Assembly: GCA_018394315.1 (NCBI GenBank)
Contig: CP074575.1
Location: forward strand, 124,001-188,000
Length of the DNA: 64,000 bases
From: Mycoplasmatota bacterium
GTDB lineage: Bacteria; Bacillota_I; Bacilli_A; MAG-NZ
Direction: 5' to 3'
The notes under the pieces were generated by a model. That model made no database searches. It saw only the letters and a program-made list of their open reading frames with translations, and was not told the origin of the DNA. Shown here one piece after another: positions 21,240 through 30,738 of the stretch. The stretch's first letter is position 1; each line of letters starts with the position of its first letter. The translations under genes were made by a program, and so were the position numbers.

Positions 21240-22646
21240 TTAAATCTCCCCCAATAATTTTTCTAATTTATTTTTATCGATCCTCAATTCTTCACATAAA
21301 TAATCTGTGTCAACTAGATTATTTTTCGTTAAAGAGTGTACTTTTATTACACTTCTTAAATAACTTTTTCTTAAATCATCTATATTTAGCTTTCTTGCGC
21401 TTATTAGTGATGGATTTCTTGGTAAAATAATTGATTTACCTGGAACTTCATCCTTAGGATTTCCAAATTCAACATTGATTCCATTTTCAATAGCAAACGA
21501 TAATTGTGGTTGAATATGCTTACCAGCACCAGTATATTCTGTTTCCTGAACGACAATTATTTCGTCTTCTTTCATCTTTTGCGCTAAGCTAAACGCAACA
21601 GCTAACGAAGTATTTCCTGCTGGACCTCTTTCTAAACCCTCAAGCTCAGCGAGCATTTCAGTAACAAAAAAGACTTCTCCTTGAGATACAGTATAATACT
21701 CATCCATATATCTTAAAGGTCTACCTGCACTTCTTGGAACATCACTTCTGTCTGGATTTATACTAAATGGTATCCCAAATCCAGTATGACCAGTTGTAAA
21801 TGATTTCTTATTAAAATCTTTATCACTTGCCATATGTAATCCACTTAAATTGACACTAGCAGCAATAACCAAACTATCAGCGTTAGCTCTTAAAAGTCCT
21901 CTAGCTGTACCAGTTAAATTTCCACCACCAGCGTTCGTACAAACGACAGACTCAGGAAACTTACCATATTTTTCCTTAGTTTGTATTGCTAACTCATAAC
22001 CTAATGTTTCTACTCCACCAATACCAAATGGAGTGTATAAACTAGCGTTAAAATAACCAGTTTCCTCTAAAAGTAATAATAATTGATAAAAGAGTTCTGG
22101 ACCAACAGTTAGTCTTACAACTTCAGCACCAAACGCTTCACACTTTCTGGCTTTTTCTATGATTTCGGGTTGACCCTTTAATTCAGAATCATAACATTCC
22201 TGTACAATAATACATTTAAGACCATGTTTAGCAGCTTGAGATGCTACAGCAGCTCCGTAATTCCCACTAGTAGCCGCAATAACACCCTTAAATCCTAATT
22301 TCTTAGCATGATACACACTAATTGATGCTCTTCTTGCTTTGAATGATCCGCTAGCATTACACGCTTCATCTTTAAGTAAGATTTTTGCACCATATCCCGG
22401 TTTTGCATATTTTCTAGCAAGCTTAGTAATATTTTTAAGATCTAACAATGGAGTGTTCCCTACACCATTATCTCTTTGAATAGTTTCCATTAAATCATAA
22501 TCATATCCAGTACTATCCATCATTTTTTCAAAATCAAAACCAATTCCATCATTTTCAAATTCTTTATAGTCCAATCCAACAGACTTTAGTAATATTTCAT
22601 TTTTTCTAGCCATTATAGCTTCATATGTTTTATCCATCAATTTCAT
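21240..22646 (-). CDS. ortB: 2-amino-4-ketopentanoate thiolase beta subunit
   Basis: NASGSFKARR, ATSGNYG, SFTTGHTGFG, QETEYTGAGKH. Confidence 0.95.
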   Translation of the reverse strand: MKLMDKTYEAIMARKNEILLKSVGLDYKEFENDGIGFDFEKMMDSTGYDYDLMETIQRDNGVGNTPLLDLKNITKLARKYAKPGYGAKILLKDEACNASGSFKARRASISVYHAKKLGFKGVIAATSGNYGAAVASQAAKHGLKCIIVQECYDSELKGQPEIIEKARKCEAFGAEVVRLTVGPELFYQLLLLLEETGYFNASLYTPFGIGGVETLGYELAIQTKEKYGKFPESVVCTNAGGGNLTGTARGLLRANADSLVIAASVNLSGLHMASDKDFNKKSFTTGHTGFGIPFSINPDRSDVPRSAGRPLRYMDEYYTVSQGEVFFVTEMLAELEGLERGPAGNTSLAVAFSLAQKMKEDEIIVVQETEYTGAGKHIQPQLSFAIENGINVEFGNPKDEVPGKSIILPRNPSLISARKLNIDDLRKSYLRSVIKVHSLTKNNLVDTDYLCEELRIDKNKLEKLLGEI

Positions 22647-22920
22647 CTCTTAAAATTTCCTTGATTTTCATAATATGCGAAACATAATTACCATAACCTA
22701 ATTCATAAGTTGGATTTTCCTTAATCAATATACCCTTAACAACTCTACCTGTAATAGTCTTAATGCTAACTTCTTCTTTCAAATCAGCATCATTGACCAA
22801 AAAACCTTTTACAAACATTTCATAAGGAACTTTCTTTGTCTCTTCCGGAATTTTTGCAGTTCTATCTTCAGAACTTAACACAATAATATGTACTTCTACA
22901 TATGAATCTTTTCGTATCAC
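22630..22920 (-). CDS. ortA: 2-amino-4-ketopentanoate thiolase alpha subunit
   Basis: PEETKKVPYEMFVKG, TITGR, NPTY; probable GTG start at 22920; overlaps ortB. Confidence 0.9.
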   Translation of the reverse strand: MIRKDSYVEVHIIVLSSEDRTAKIPEETKKVPYEMFVKGFLVNDADLKEEVSIKTITGRVVKGILIKENPTYELGYGNYVSHIMKIKEILRDEIDG

Positions 22921-22998
22921 ATTATCACTTCTTTCATACAGAATTTTCCACTTTTTATTATACATTGAAATTATTTTTATGTATATGCTTTATAGAAG

Positions 22999-23020
22999 AA
23001 AAAAAGCGACTATTGTCGCT
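22999..23020 (-). terminator. Terminator after the MFS gene
   Basis: Minus strand AGCGAC-aata-GTCGCT followed by a T run. Confidence 0.75.
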
Positions 23021-23022
23021 AA

Positions 23023-24285
23023 TTAGTCTACGCTTCTTAAATAACCTCTAATGTTCTTATTTGACATAAAGAAAATCATAATAAGAAAAACAATAGTGAT
23101 ATTTGAAACTAACAACACTTGAATTCCTGCTACTTGAATTAAGAATCCACCAAGTAGCGTTGCAAGTGGAATTGCAGCTCTACTCATAGTATCAATTACA
23201 CTATAAGCTCTACCCCTAAATTCTTGATCTATTGTGATAGCAAATGCTGTACCAATAGGTATATTTAAATACATCAGAAGAATTCCTTCAAAGAACATCA
23301 ATCCAATTATTAACCCATAGAATAGGTTAAATTCAATTTTCCCACTTAGGATAAAATTAAATAGAATAGCCACAAAAATAAAAACTAAAGCCATTAGAGG
23401 CATTCCTGTATATTGAGCTTTCATAACACTAAGTTTTCTCGCAATATTTCCAATTACAATTGCTCCAACCAAAGTACCAATCGCCGCAGAAACCTGAACT
23501 AGCGAATACTGAAAAACTGTAGTCTTTAATAATTGATTGAACATATATGGAAATGCATTAACAGTCAAAGGAACAAAAGCGAAATTTAGGAGCAATATCC
23601 CTATCATGAGTGACATTAGCCCTCTTTTATTGAATAAGTATTTAAAGCCAACTTTTAAATCAATAAGTCCCTCTTTAACAGTAAGTCTTTCAGCACTCTT
23701 CTTGTAACTATACTTAATAAATATTTCTGACATTCCAGAAAATACAAATGTAAGACCGTTAATAATAAAAATCCCTGTAATTCCTATAATATCATAGAGT
23801 AATCCAGTTAATGTAAGTCCTATAATGGTTTGTAAACTGTGTATCATACTCATTGAGGCATTTGCGGCTTGTAAATCCTCCTCATCAACTATATCTACTT
23901 GTAAGCTACTCACTGCAGGTCCAAAAAATGCTCCATTAATAGATAAAATTATCGTAGCCACATAAAGTACTATCATAGTCGTTGATAAGCTTAAATCTTG
24001 ATAAATAAAGTAACCTGCACCTAAAATAACGATACCTCTAATAAAATCTGTAATATATACTATTTTAACCTTATTAAATCTATCAGCTATTACTCCACAA
24101 AACGGAGTTAATAATAAAGAAACTATTCCTCCAGTAGCTATATAAATAGCAGACTGTAATGCGCTTTTAGTCAATTCAAGTATAAACCAAGCAACACCAA
24201 GATTATAGAATGTGTTTCCAATGCTTGATACTAAATTACCAAAGAATAATAAAGAAAAATTCTTATTGGTAAATACCTTTTTCAT
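23023..24285 (-). CDS. MFS transporter (DHA3/MefA-like)
   Basis: About 12 hydrophobic segments, GVIADRFNK motif A, FRGR. Confidence 0.85.
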   Translation of the reverse strand: MKKVFTNKNFSLLFFGNLVSSIGNTFYNLGVAWFILELTKSALQSAIYIATGGIVSLLLTPFCGVIADRFNKVKIVYITDFIRGIVILGAGYFIYQDLSLSTTMIVLYVATIILSINGAFFGPAVSSLQVDIVDEEDLQAANASMSMIHSLQTIIGLTLTGLLYDIIGITGIFIINGLTFVFSGMSEIFIKYSYKKSAERLTVKEGLIDLKVGFKYLFNKRGLMSLMIGILLLNFAFVPLTVNAFPYMFNQLLKTTVFQYSLVQVSAAIGTLVGAIVIGNIARKLSVMKAQYTGMPLMALVFIFVAILFNFILSGKIEFNLFYGLIIGLMFFEGILLMYLNIPIGTAFAITIDQEFRGRAYSVIDTMSRAAIPLATLLGGFLIQVAGIQVLLVSNITIVFLIMIFFMSNKNIRGYLRSVD

Positions 24286-24668
24286 ATTCCATCCCCCAAA
24301 AAACTACCTGTAATCACTTTATAAATAATAAATTGGTCATATTCTAACAAAATATATTCATTATAATAATACTACTTACACTATAATATCACAAATTTTT
24401 CCATATTTATAGAGGAAAAAGAAATCAATAGAATGTATATAGTACCGAATTTTTCAATTTGACAGCTTTCTACAAGCATATTTTCAAAATCTTTACTACA
24501 TTCTATATATTTCTAGGGAGAATAACTTTATCTACTTAAGGCATTACAAGAAGCAATATATGGTGTTAAGTCTAGTATAAATCAACTTTCTATTATAAAT
24601 TGTGGCCCGAATTCTTGTGATAAGATTTTCAAAACATAATTACTTCTCCATTTCAAACTAAAAAACAA

Positions 24669-24694
24669 TAAAACATTCCACAGGGAATGTTTTA
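24669..24694 (-). terminator. Terminator of the padR-DUF1700 transcript
   Basis: TAAAACATTCC-4nt-GGAATGTTTTA perfect hairpin. Confidence 0.7.
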
Positions 24695-24865
24695 CCTTAC
24701 TAGATATAGAATTTTAAAATAACAGGTAATTAACTAAATTTGACACTATATCTTTTCTTCTTTCTGAAAGAAGTTAATCAACGTTAATAACAAACTTCAA
24801 TTCTAGTTTTTATAACCAAAACCATATATAAAATGTACACATATTATCCCCTCCTACTCTTAACA

Positions 24866-25714
24866 TTAATAGCTTCTGTCATTCTTTGCATTATCTTCAC
24901 CATACATTATTACGCCAGCAATCGGAATTATCAGGAATAACAACCAGGTTGGATGCCATATATCAAATACAATTCCAATCACTGAATAAATCACTGCTGA
25001 ACCAATACTAATCCAACTCATGATTCTTTCTCTTGTTTCCAATAGTTCACTATTATTAAAGACAGATATTTGTACATGCCCTGAATATACACCTAATATA
25101 AATGGTACAAAGAATACTATCCAATTATGGTTTAGAATTTCATATGTATCCATATATAAGTAAGCAATTGATGTAATAATAATAATTACAGCAAGCAATA
25201 TATTCTTAGGATTTTCTCTATCTACAAACAATCCTAGAATTGGAATTATCATAAACATTAACCAGGTTGGATGCCAAATGTCATACATAAATCCGTATAC
25301 AAGATATATCGAAACTACGACCATTGGCGATAGAGATGTTAGAAACGTCATAGTCGTCATAGTTCTTCTAGTGCCTACAATTGCCGTAATTGGTACAATC
25401 ATAAATACTAGCCAAGTTGGATGCCATAAATCGAATCCAAATCCAAGTAAAGCATATATTATACCTGCAATAAAAGGTGATAACGCGGTTAGCCTGGTAC
25501 TACCATAATCAACCTTTCGTTCATCCTTCAGACACTTCGCTATAGCCTTAGGCGAACCTAATCGATTAATAATGTCTATCTCAGACATTCCATTCTCTAT
25601 CGCCTCTTCAATAATCGCTTCATGATCACTGATAATATCTTCAACTACATCTCTTCTTAATTCGTAATAATATAGATACTCTTTTAACTTTTTAATAAAC
25701 TCTAATCTATTCAT
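24866..25714 (-). CDS. DUF1700/HAAS-domain membrane protein with WHPTW repeats
   Basis: N-terminal MNRLEFIKKL...GMSEIDIINRLGSPKAIA; downstream of padR. Confidence 0.8.
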   Translation of the reverse strand: MNRLEFIKKLKEYLYYYELRRDVVEDIISDHEAIIEEAIENGMSEIDIINRLGSPKAIAKCLKDERKVDYGSTRLTALSPFIAGIIYALLGFGFDLWHPTWLVFMIVPITAIVGTRRTMTTMTFLTSLSPMVVVSIYLVYGFMYDIWHPTWLMFMIIPILGLFVDRENPKNILLAVIIIITSIAYLYMDTYEILNHNWIVFFVPFILGVYSGHVQISVFNNSELLETRERIMSWISIGSAVIYSVIGIVFDIWHPTWLLFLIIPIAGVIMYGEDNAKNDRSY

Positions 25715-26024
25715 ATTTCCCCTCCATAATTTTTAAAACACTAGCTATAAACATATTCCATGATTCTTCTAATTCAACGAATTTCTTTTTACCTAGGTCT
25801 GTAATATTAAAATACTTTCTAGGAGCCCCTACTCCTACATTCTTCTTTTCAATAACTAAGAAACCATCATTGGTCAATCTCCTTAGAATAGGGTAAATTG
25901 TATTCTCGTTTACATCTAGGTCATTGCTAATTACTTCTAGTATTTCATATGTACTCATAGCTCTTGAACTTAGAATTTTCATAACACAAAGCTCAACTAC
26001 ACCCCTTTTAAATTGAGAATTCAA
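25707..26024 (-). CDS. PadR-family regulator
   Basis: QFKRGVVELCV, TIYPILRRL, RKYF; TTG start at 26024 after GGAGGTG. Confidence 0.9.
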   Translation of the reverse strand: MNSQFKRGVVELCVMKILSSRAMSTYEILEVISNDLDVNENTIYPILRRLTNDGFLVIEKKNVGVGAPRKYFNITDLGKKKFVELEESWNMFIASVLKIMEGKYE

Positions 26025-26045
26025 TATAATCACCTCCGTGTTTTT

Positions 26046-26112
26046 TGTGTAGTACACTATTATAATATACTATTAATGTGTAAAACGCAATAACTTTTTT
26101 GTGTTTTACACA
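26046..26112. promoter_or_regulatory. Three TGTGT-N3-ACACA-like sites over the padR promoter
   Basis: Sites at 26046-26058, 26077-26089, 26100-26112; minus-strand TTGCGT-17-TATTAT. Confidence 0.6.
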
Positions 26113-26195
26113 AAAAAAATAATTTTGCCTTTCACTATGCATATTCCTTACTAAGGAGTATAATATATTTTGGGTGTAACTAGGGGAGAAAGATT

Positions 26196-27428
26196 ATGGT
26201 ATTTATAACGTTATTCATTTCTGTAATATTTATATTATTACTTGCAAACAAAAAAATAAATTTAGGTATATCATTTATACTTGGAAGTATTCTTTTATTA
26301 ATAATTAATCAAAAGGGACTCTCAACAATGATTGGAGTCTTAGAAAACACATTCAGTGATAAAATGGCTCTTACTTTATTACTTACAATAGCTTTAATTA
26401 CAGTTTTGGGTAGAGTGATGCAAGAGTACAAAATACTTGACAAAATGATTGGTTCATTAGAGTTTGTATTAAGGAGTGCAAAATTAACTATAATGCTTGC
26501 ACCAGCATTCATTGGATTATTATTAGTAAGTGGTGGTGCGTTGATGTCTGCACCATTAGTTGATAAACTTGGAACTAAATTGAGTTTATCAAGTGATAAG
26601 AAAGCTTCGATTAACATGTTATTCAGACATGGATTATATTTTATATATCCATTCTCTTCTACAATGATCCTTAGTGCTCAATTAGGAGAGTTTATCGTAT
26701 GGGATTTTATTAAAATAGCTCTTCCTGTAACATTACTTTTTTATATAGTTAGTTATATAGTATTACTAAGAAATGTTCAAGACACACCAAAGACAAAGAT
26801 TAATATCAAGGAGTATTTTAAAAATATACTTATATTTATGATATACTCTTCACCTTTATTAAGTAGCATAGTTTTATCAATAATATTCAATATGCCATTT
26901 TATCAAGTATTACCTGTAGGTATAGTTATTGCTTATATTATTCACCTATTTGATAAAAAAAGGAATTCAAATAAAGTGAAAGATAATTTCCCTCTTCTAT
27001 TAATAAAGGGAATAAACTTCAAACTTGTGTTCACCGTAGTAGGGGTATTAATATTTAAAAATTCACTTGGGGAAGTAGATAATCTACAAGAAACACTAAC
27101 AAATCTACTTGCTACAGGTATTCCAATAGAAATAATAATAATATTAGCGAGTGCATTCATTTCTTTTTCATTTGCATCAGTAAACCCGAGTGTTATTATT
27201 CTTTATCCAATCATTTTACCTTTAGCAATAAACTATGATACGAAACTTATATACGCATTACTAATTTATGTAACAGGATTCATCACTTATTATATTTCAC
27301 CACTACATTTATGCCAAATACTTACACTAGATTACTTTAGGATTAACCTAAAAGATTTATATAAAAATTATAAATTCATCTTACCAATAACTTATATATT
27401 AACTATTATTTGGTACATTATGTTATAG
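26196..27428 (+). CDS. DUF401-family membrane protein (putative transporter)
   Basis: PAFIGLL..GGALMSAP, INMLFRH, SPLHLC motifs; many TM segments. Confidence 0.8.
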   Translation: MVFITLFISVIFILLLANKKINLGISFILGSILLLIINQKGLSTMIGVLENTFSDKMALTLLLTIALITVLGRVMQEYKILDKMIGSLEFVLRSAKLTIMLAPAFIGLLLVSGGALMSAPLVDKLGTKLSLSSDKKASINMLFRHGLYFIYPFSSTMILSAQLGEFIVWDFIKIALPVTLLFYIVSYIVLLRNVQDTPKTKINIKEYFKNILIFMIYSSPLLSSIVLSIIFNMPFYQVLPVGIVIAYIIHLFDKKRNSNKVKDNFPLLLIKGINFKLVFTVVGVLIFKNSLGEVDNLQETLTNLLATGIPIEIIIILASAFISFSFASVNPSVIILYPIILPLAINYDTKLIYALLIYVTGFITYYISPLHLCQILTLDYFRINLKDLYKNYKFILPITYILTIIWYIML

Positions 27429-27455
27429 AAAAGGATGCAAAAATTGCATCCTTTT
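27429..27455. terminator. Bidirectional terminator
   Basis: AAAAGGATGCAA-aaa-TTGCATCCTTTT. Confidence 0.8.
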
Positions 27456-28494
27456 AATCTAGATAATTTCTCATGTCGCCCATGATAGCTCTTGGTACAG
27501 GTAAATCTAGCATTGTTTTTAATCCTGGTTTTGCATTAATTATATGAGGAATCATATTAACACACATTGCTATTGTTCCAATTCCACCATCAACTTCTGG
27601 ATTTATACTCATATTGATTTCAGGAGTACCTGTTAATTTAATATAATCACCAGTATGCGTACCTTCCATTTCTGGTTCAATTTGCTGTGGATGAATCATA
27701 TCTATTTTCAGTTCGCCATCAACATATCCTTGTCCAGTCATATTCACACCAGCAACATCATTAGCTTTTGCAAATCCATATGGTGACTTTCTATCAATAT
27801 TAGTAATAATAGGTTTCATTTGCTGTTTAAATTCAGAAACTTCCCAACCAACTGCTTCTGCAATCATACCAACACTTTCAGCAAATCCAACATGTCCTGC
27901 CATCGTTCCGTCTTCAACTTTATTCATAAAAGTATCAACTTTCATTCCAACACCTTGCTCTTCCATTACTGTTGGACCAAATGGTGATAAACTGTTAACA
28001 CGTTTACATTCTACTTTAGTTAAGTCAGTCATAGCACCAGTTAAACATACGGCTAATAAATCCATCATTAATCCAGGATTAATACCTGTACCTAAAATAG
28101 ATACATTATTTTCTTTAGCTATCCTATCTAATTCTTTAGCTAATTCTGGTTCCTGAGCTTTTGGGTAAGCCATTTCTTCAGCTGTTGAAATAATATTAAT
28201 ACCTTTTTCTAAAACTAGTTTAAGTCTTGGAAAAGCTTTACTTGTAAACGAATCAGTAGCGGTAATACAAACATCGATATCTTGATTCAATACTTCATCA
28301 ATATTATCATTTATGAAAACTTCACTTCTTCCATTTCTTTCAACACCTAGTAACTCATAAAGCTCTTTTCCTACTAACTCTTCATTAATATCACATACGC
28401 CGACAACTTCAACACCAGTTTTTGTAACTAATGATTCAACTGCACCTCGACCCATAGCACCGAAGCCCCATACTGCAACTTTAATATTTTCCAT
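27454..28494 (-). CDS. ord: 2,4-diaminopentanoate dehydrogenase
   Basis: WGFGAMG Rossmann motif, STAEEM, GTGINPG, NSLSPFG, HPQQ, LPVPRA. Confidence 0.93.
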   Translation of the reverse strand: MENIKVAVWGFGAMGRGAVESLVTKTGVEVVGVCDINEELVGKELYELLGVERNGRSEVFINDNIDEVLNQDIDVCITATDSFTSKAFPRLKLVLEKGINIISTAEEMAYPKAQEPELAKELDRIAKENNVSILGTGINPGLMMDLLAVCLTGAMTDLTKVECKRVNSLSPFGPTVMEEQGVGMKVDTFMNKVEDGTMAGHVGFAESVGMIAEAVGWEVSEFKQQMKPIITNIDRKSPYGFAKANDVAGVNMTGQGYVDGELKIDMIHPQQIEPEMEGTHTGDYIKLTGTPEINMSINPEVDGGIGTIAMCVNMIPHIINAKPGLKTMLDLPVPRAIMGDMRNYLD

Positions 28495-28504
28495 ATAAAT
28501 CTCC

Positions 28505-28867
28505 TTAATTTATTTTTGCTCCAAATGGTAGCAACGCTAACAAAGCAAATTTAAAATGTTGCTTCCCAAATGGAATACCAATTATAGTTATTGAGAGTAA
28601 TATCCCTATTACTATATGACATAAACATAATTCCCAGCCAAATAGTATTAACCAGATAATATTTCCAATTAATCCACCGACTCCAAACTCTCCTACTTGT
28701 ACGTCTCGTCCAAATGGCCAAAGAACTAATTTACTAATTTTAAAACACTGTAGACCAAATGGAATACCTATAATAGTTATTGAAAAAAGCAAACCCGTTA
28801 AGAACCAAAATATAGCTGATAATAATCCACCAAAAATCAACCATATTAAGTTACCTATTAAACTCAT
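28505..28867 (-). CDS. yccF: YccF-domain membrane protein
   Basis: Duplicated GN(L/I)IW...ITIIGIPFG...PFG units. Confidence 0.88.
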   Translation of the reverse strand: MSLIGNLIWLIFGGLLSAIFWFLTGLLFSITIIGIPFGLQCFKISKLVLWPFGRDVQVGEFGVGGLIGNIIWLILFGWELCLCHIVIGILLSITIIGIPFGKQHFKFALLALLPFGAKIN

Positions 28868-28966
28868 TCCTCCACCTCCATTAATTCACTAAGATTATAA
28901 CAAAATTTCTATGTTTTTCCTATCATTTTTTTAAATGTCTTAAAATTTAAAAAAGCGAGTGATAGA

Positions 28967-29144
28967 ATGAAACTAACTTTTTCCAAAAACGATGTATTAG
29001 ATGCCTTTAGATATTACAAAGATATCATTAATGCAAAAAGAAATACTTAAATATATCTATGAAAATATGACTGCGGGTAATGGATTAATAATACGGGAAA
29101 TTAAACATAGATTTGGTATAGCTTGGATTATCATTGCATGTTAG
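28967..29144 (+). pseudogene. Degraded VOC/PhnB-family remnant
   Basis: Fragments MKLTFSKNDVLDAFRYYKDIINAK* and ...EIKHRFGIAWIIIAC* resemble the PhnB N- and C-termini; the middle is missing. Confidence 0.5.
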
Positions 29145-29162
29145 TAAAATAAAAAGATGCAC

Positions 29163-30050
29163 TCAGCATCTTTTTGAATAATATTTAGGTACCTCTAATT
29201 TAAAATCATCATAGTCCTCTAGAATCATCTCAATTAGAGAATCATTATCATCCATTTGCTCAGGGTAATATTTATAAGTCCACACTACTGAGTTAAATAA
29301 CCCCATAGCTAAATAAAGCCTTAGAACAATGAATTCATCTTTTGTAAATCCATATCCATCAAATAAACCGATAACATATTCTAATGAAAAACTTCGTGAA
29401 AAAACCGAAGCCCTTTCAAATTCTATTACATAATCTGAATATTTGCATCTATTAAAATCATAGCATCCAATATAGCCGTTTTCATCAAAAACACTATTCT
29501 CTAGATGAAAATCTCCATGTAAAAATTGAGCTTTTCTATCTTTAAGAATATAAAGATTATTTCTTATGAACTCAACAATCAAGTTCTCTTTTATAATGCT
29601 ACACGATAGTTCTTTAAATTCTGAGTAAATTCTCTCAAACTTCTTTGTGAAGACTTTAAATATGTCTATCTCCTTCTCACTCTCAATGCTGTGTATTAAT
29701 TTTAATTCCTTTCCTGATGAAACACCAATCTTATATTGCAGTTCCTTGCTGTATTTCGTTACAGCATCACCAGTCTCTCCTTCTATAAATGAAAAGATAG
29801 TATAACACTTATCGAACTCCTCAACAAAACCGTAGAAAATTACTCTTGGACATTTAACTCCGATAGAATATAATTCTTCCATCCTACTAACTTTATCTAA
29901 AATCTTATTCTTTTCACTGATATTGTGTATTTTCAAAACAAAATGATTCTCGTTATAATAGTGATATTTCTCGTCAAAAGAATACCCACCCTCAAGAACT
30001 AAAAGTTCTTTTATACCGTGCTTTTTCTTTATAATATCTATATATGACAT
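29163..30050 (-). CDS. Aminoglycoside phosphotransferase/choline kinase-like protein
   Basis: HGDFHLEN and YDF motifs; ATG 30050 after AGGAGG. Confidence 0.85.
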   Translation of the reverse strand: MSYIDIIKKKHGIKELLVLEGGYSFDEKYHYYNENHFVLKIHNISEKNKILDKVSRMEELYSIGVKCPRVIFYGFVEEFDKCYTIFSFIEGETGDAVTKYSKELQYKIGVSSGKELKLIHSIESEKEIDIFKVFTKKFERIYSEFKELSCSIIKENLIVEFIRNNLYILKDRKAQFLHGDFHLENSVFDENGYIGCYDFNRCKYSDYVIEFERASVFSRSFSLEYVIGLFDGYGFTKDEFIVLRLYLAMGLFNSVVWTYKYYPEQMDDNDSLIEMILEDYDDFKLEVPKYYSKRC

Positions 30051-30148
30051 AATCCCTCCTATATAAGATCTAATCAAACAAATCTTGACAAAAAAATATA
30101 ACCGTTTACATAATAACATATATCATCTATAATACAATCAGTAAGGAA

Positions 30149-30661
30149 GTGTTTACCGTGATAGCAAAAGATGCTAGTAGATACACTATTTTCATCTTTA
30201 TTGTCTTTATATGTACATATTTAATCCGCATAAGAATTCCGATCCCAGGTGAGGGGGGTCTTATTCATGCTGGTAATGTTGCTTTATTTGCAATAGCTAT
30301 AGTATATGGAAAGAAAGCAGGAGCTATTTCAGGTTCAATTGGTATGACATTATTTGATCTTTTGAGTGGTTGGACTAATTATGCAATTGGTACCTTAATA
30401 ATAAGATTTGTTTGCGGCTTTGTTGTAGGGGTAGTAGCCCATTCTCAAAATGAGTGTGGAAAAAGTGCATATAGAAATATATTAGCGATGTGCTTTGGAG
30501 TAGTAATCATTGTCCTAGGATATTATTTCTATGAAATATTCTTTATCTATCATGGCGACTATATTATTCCAATTCTGCACATGCCAAGTAATATATCTCA
30601 GTCCATTATTGGCATAATATTTGCAATGCCGATAATTAAATTCTTACAAAAAAGTAGATAA
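30149..30661 (+). CDS. ECF transporter S component
   Basis: IPIPGEGGLIHAGN, GMTLFDLLSGW; pyridoxine/HMP-type S-component-like, substrate uncertain. Confidence 0.8.
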   Translation: MFTVIAKDASRYTIFIFIVFICTYLIRIRIPIPGEGGLIHAGNVALFAIAIVYGKKAGAISGSIGMTLFDLLSGWTNYAIGTLIIRFVCGFVVGVVAHSQNECGKSAYRNILAMCFGVVIIVLGYYFYEIFFIYHGDYIIPILHMPSNISQSIIGIIFAMPIIKFLQKSR

Positions 30662-30706
30662 AACTTTCTTTAGTTTAAAATCTTTTAAATTATTGAGGTT
30701 ATAAGT

Positions 30707-30738
30707 AAAAAAATAATTCAACATGAATTATTTTTTTT
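30707..30738. terminator. Bidirectional terminator
   Basis: AAAAAAATAATTCA-loop-TGAATTATTTTTTT. Confidence 0.65.

Noticed and set aside
22960..22995. ArgR/AhrC ARG box upstream of ortA
   Set aside because: The best match has about 3 mismatches at conserved positions in very AT-rich DNA.
29163..30050. APH-like gene as an antibiotic resistance determinant
   Set aside because: Only the generic kinase motifs are present; no resemblance I can recognise to a defined APH class and no mobile context.
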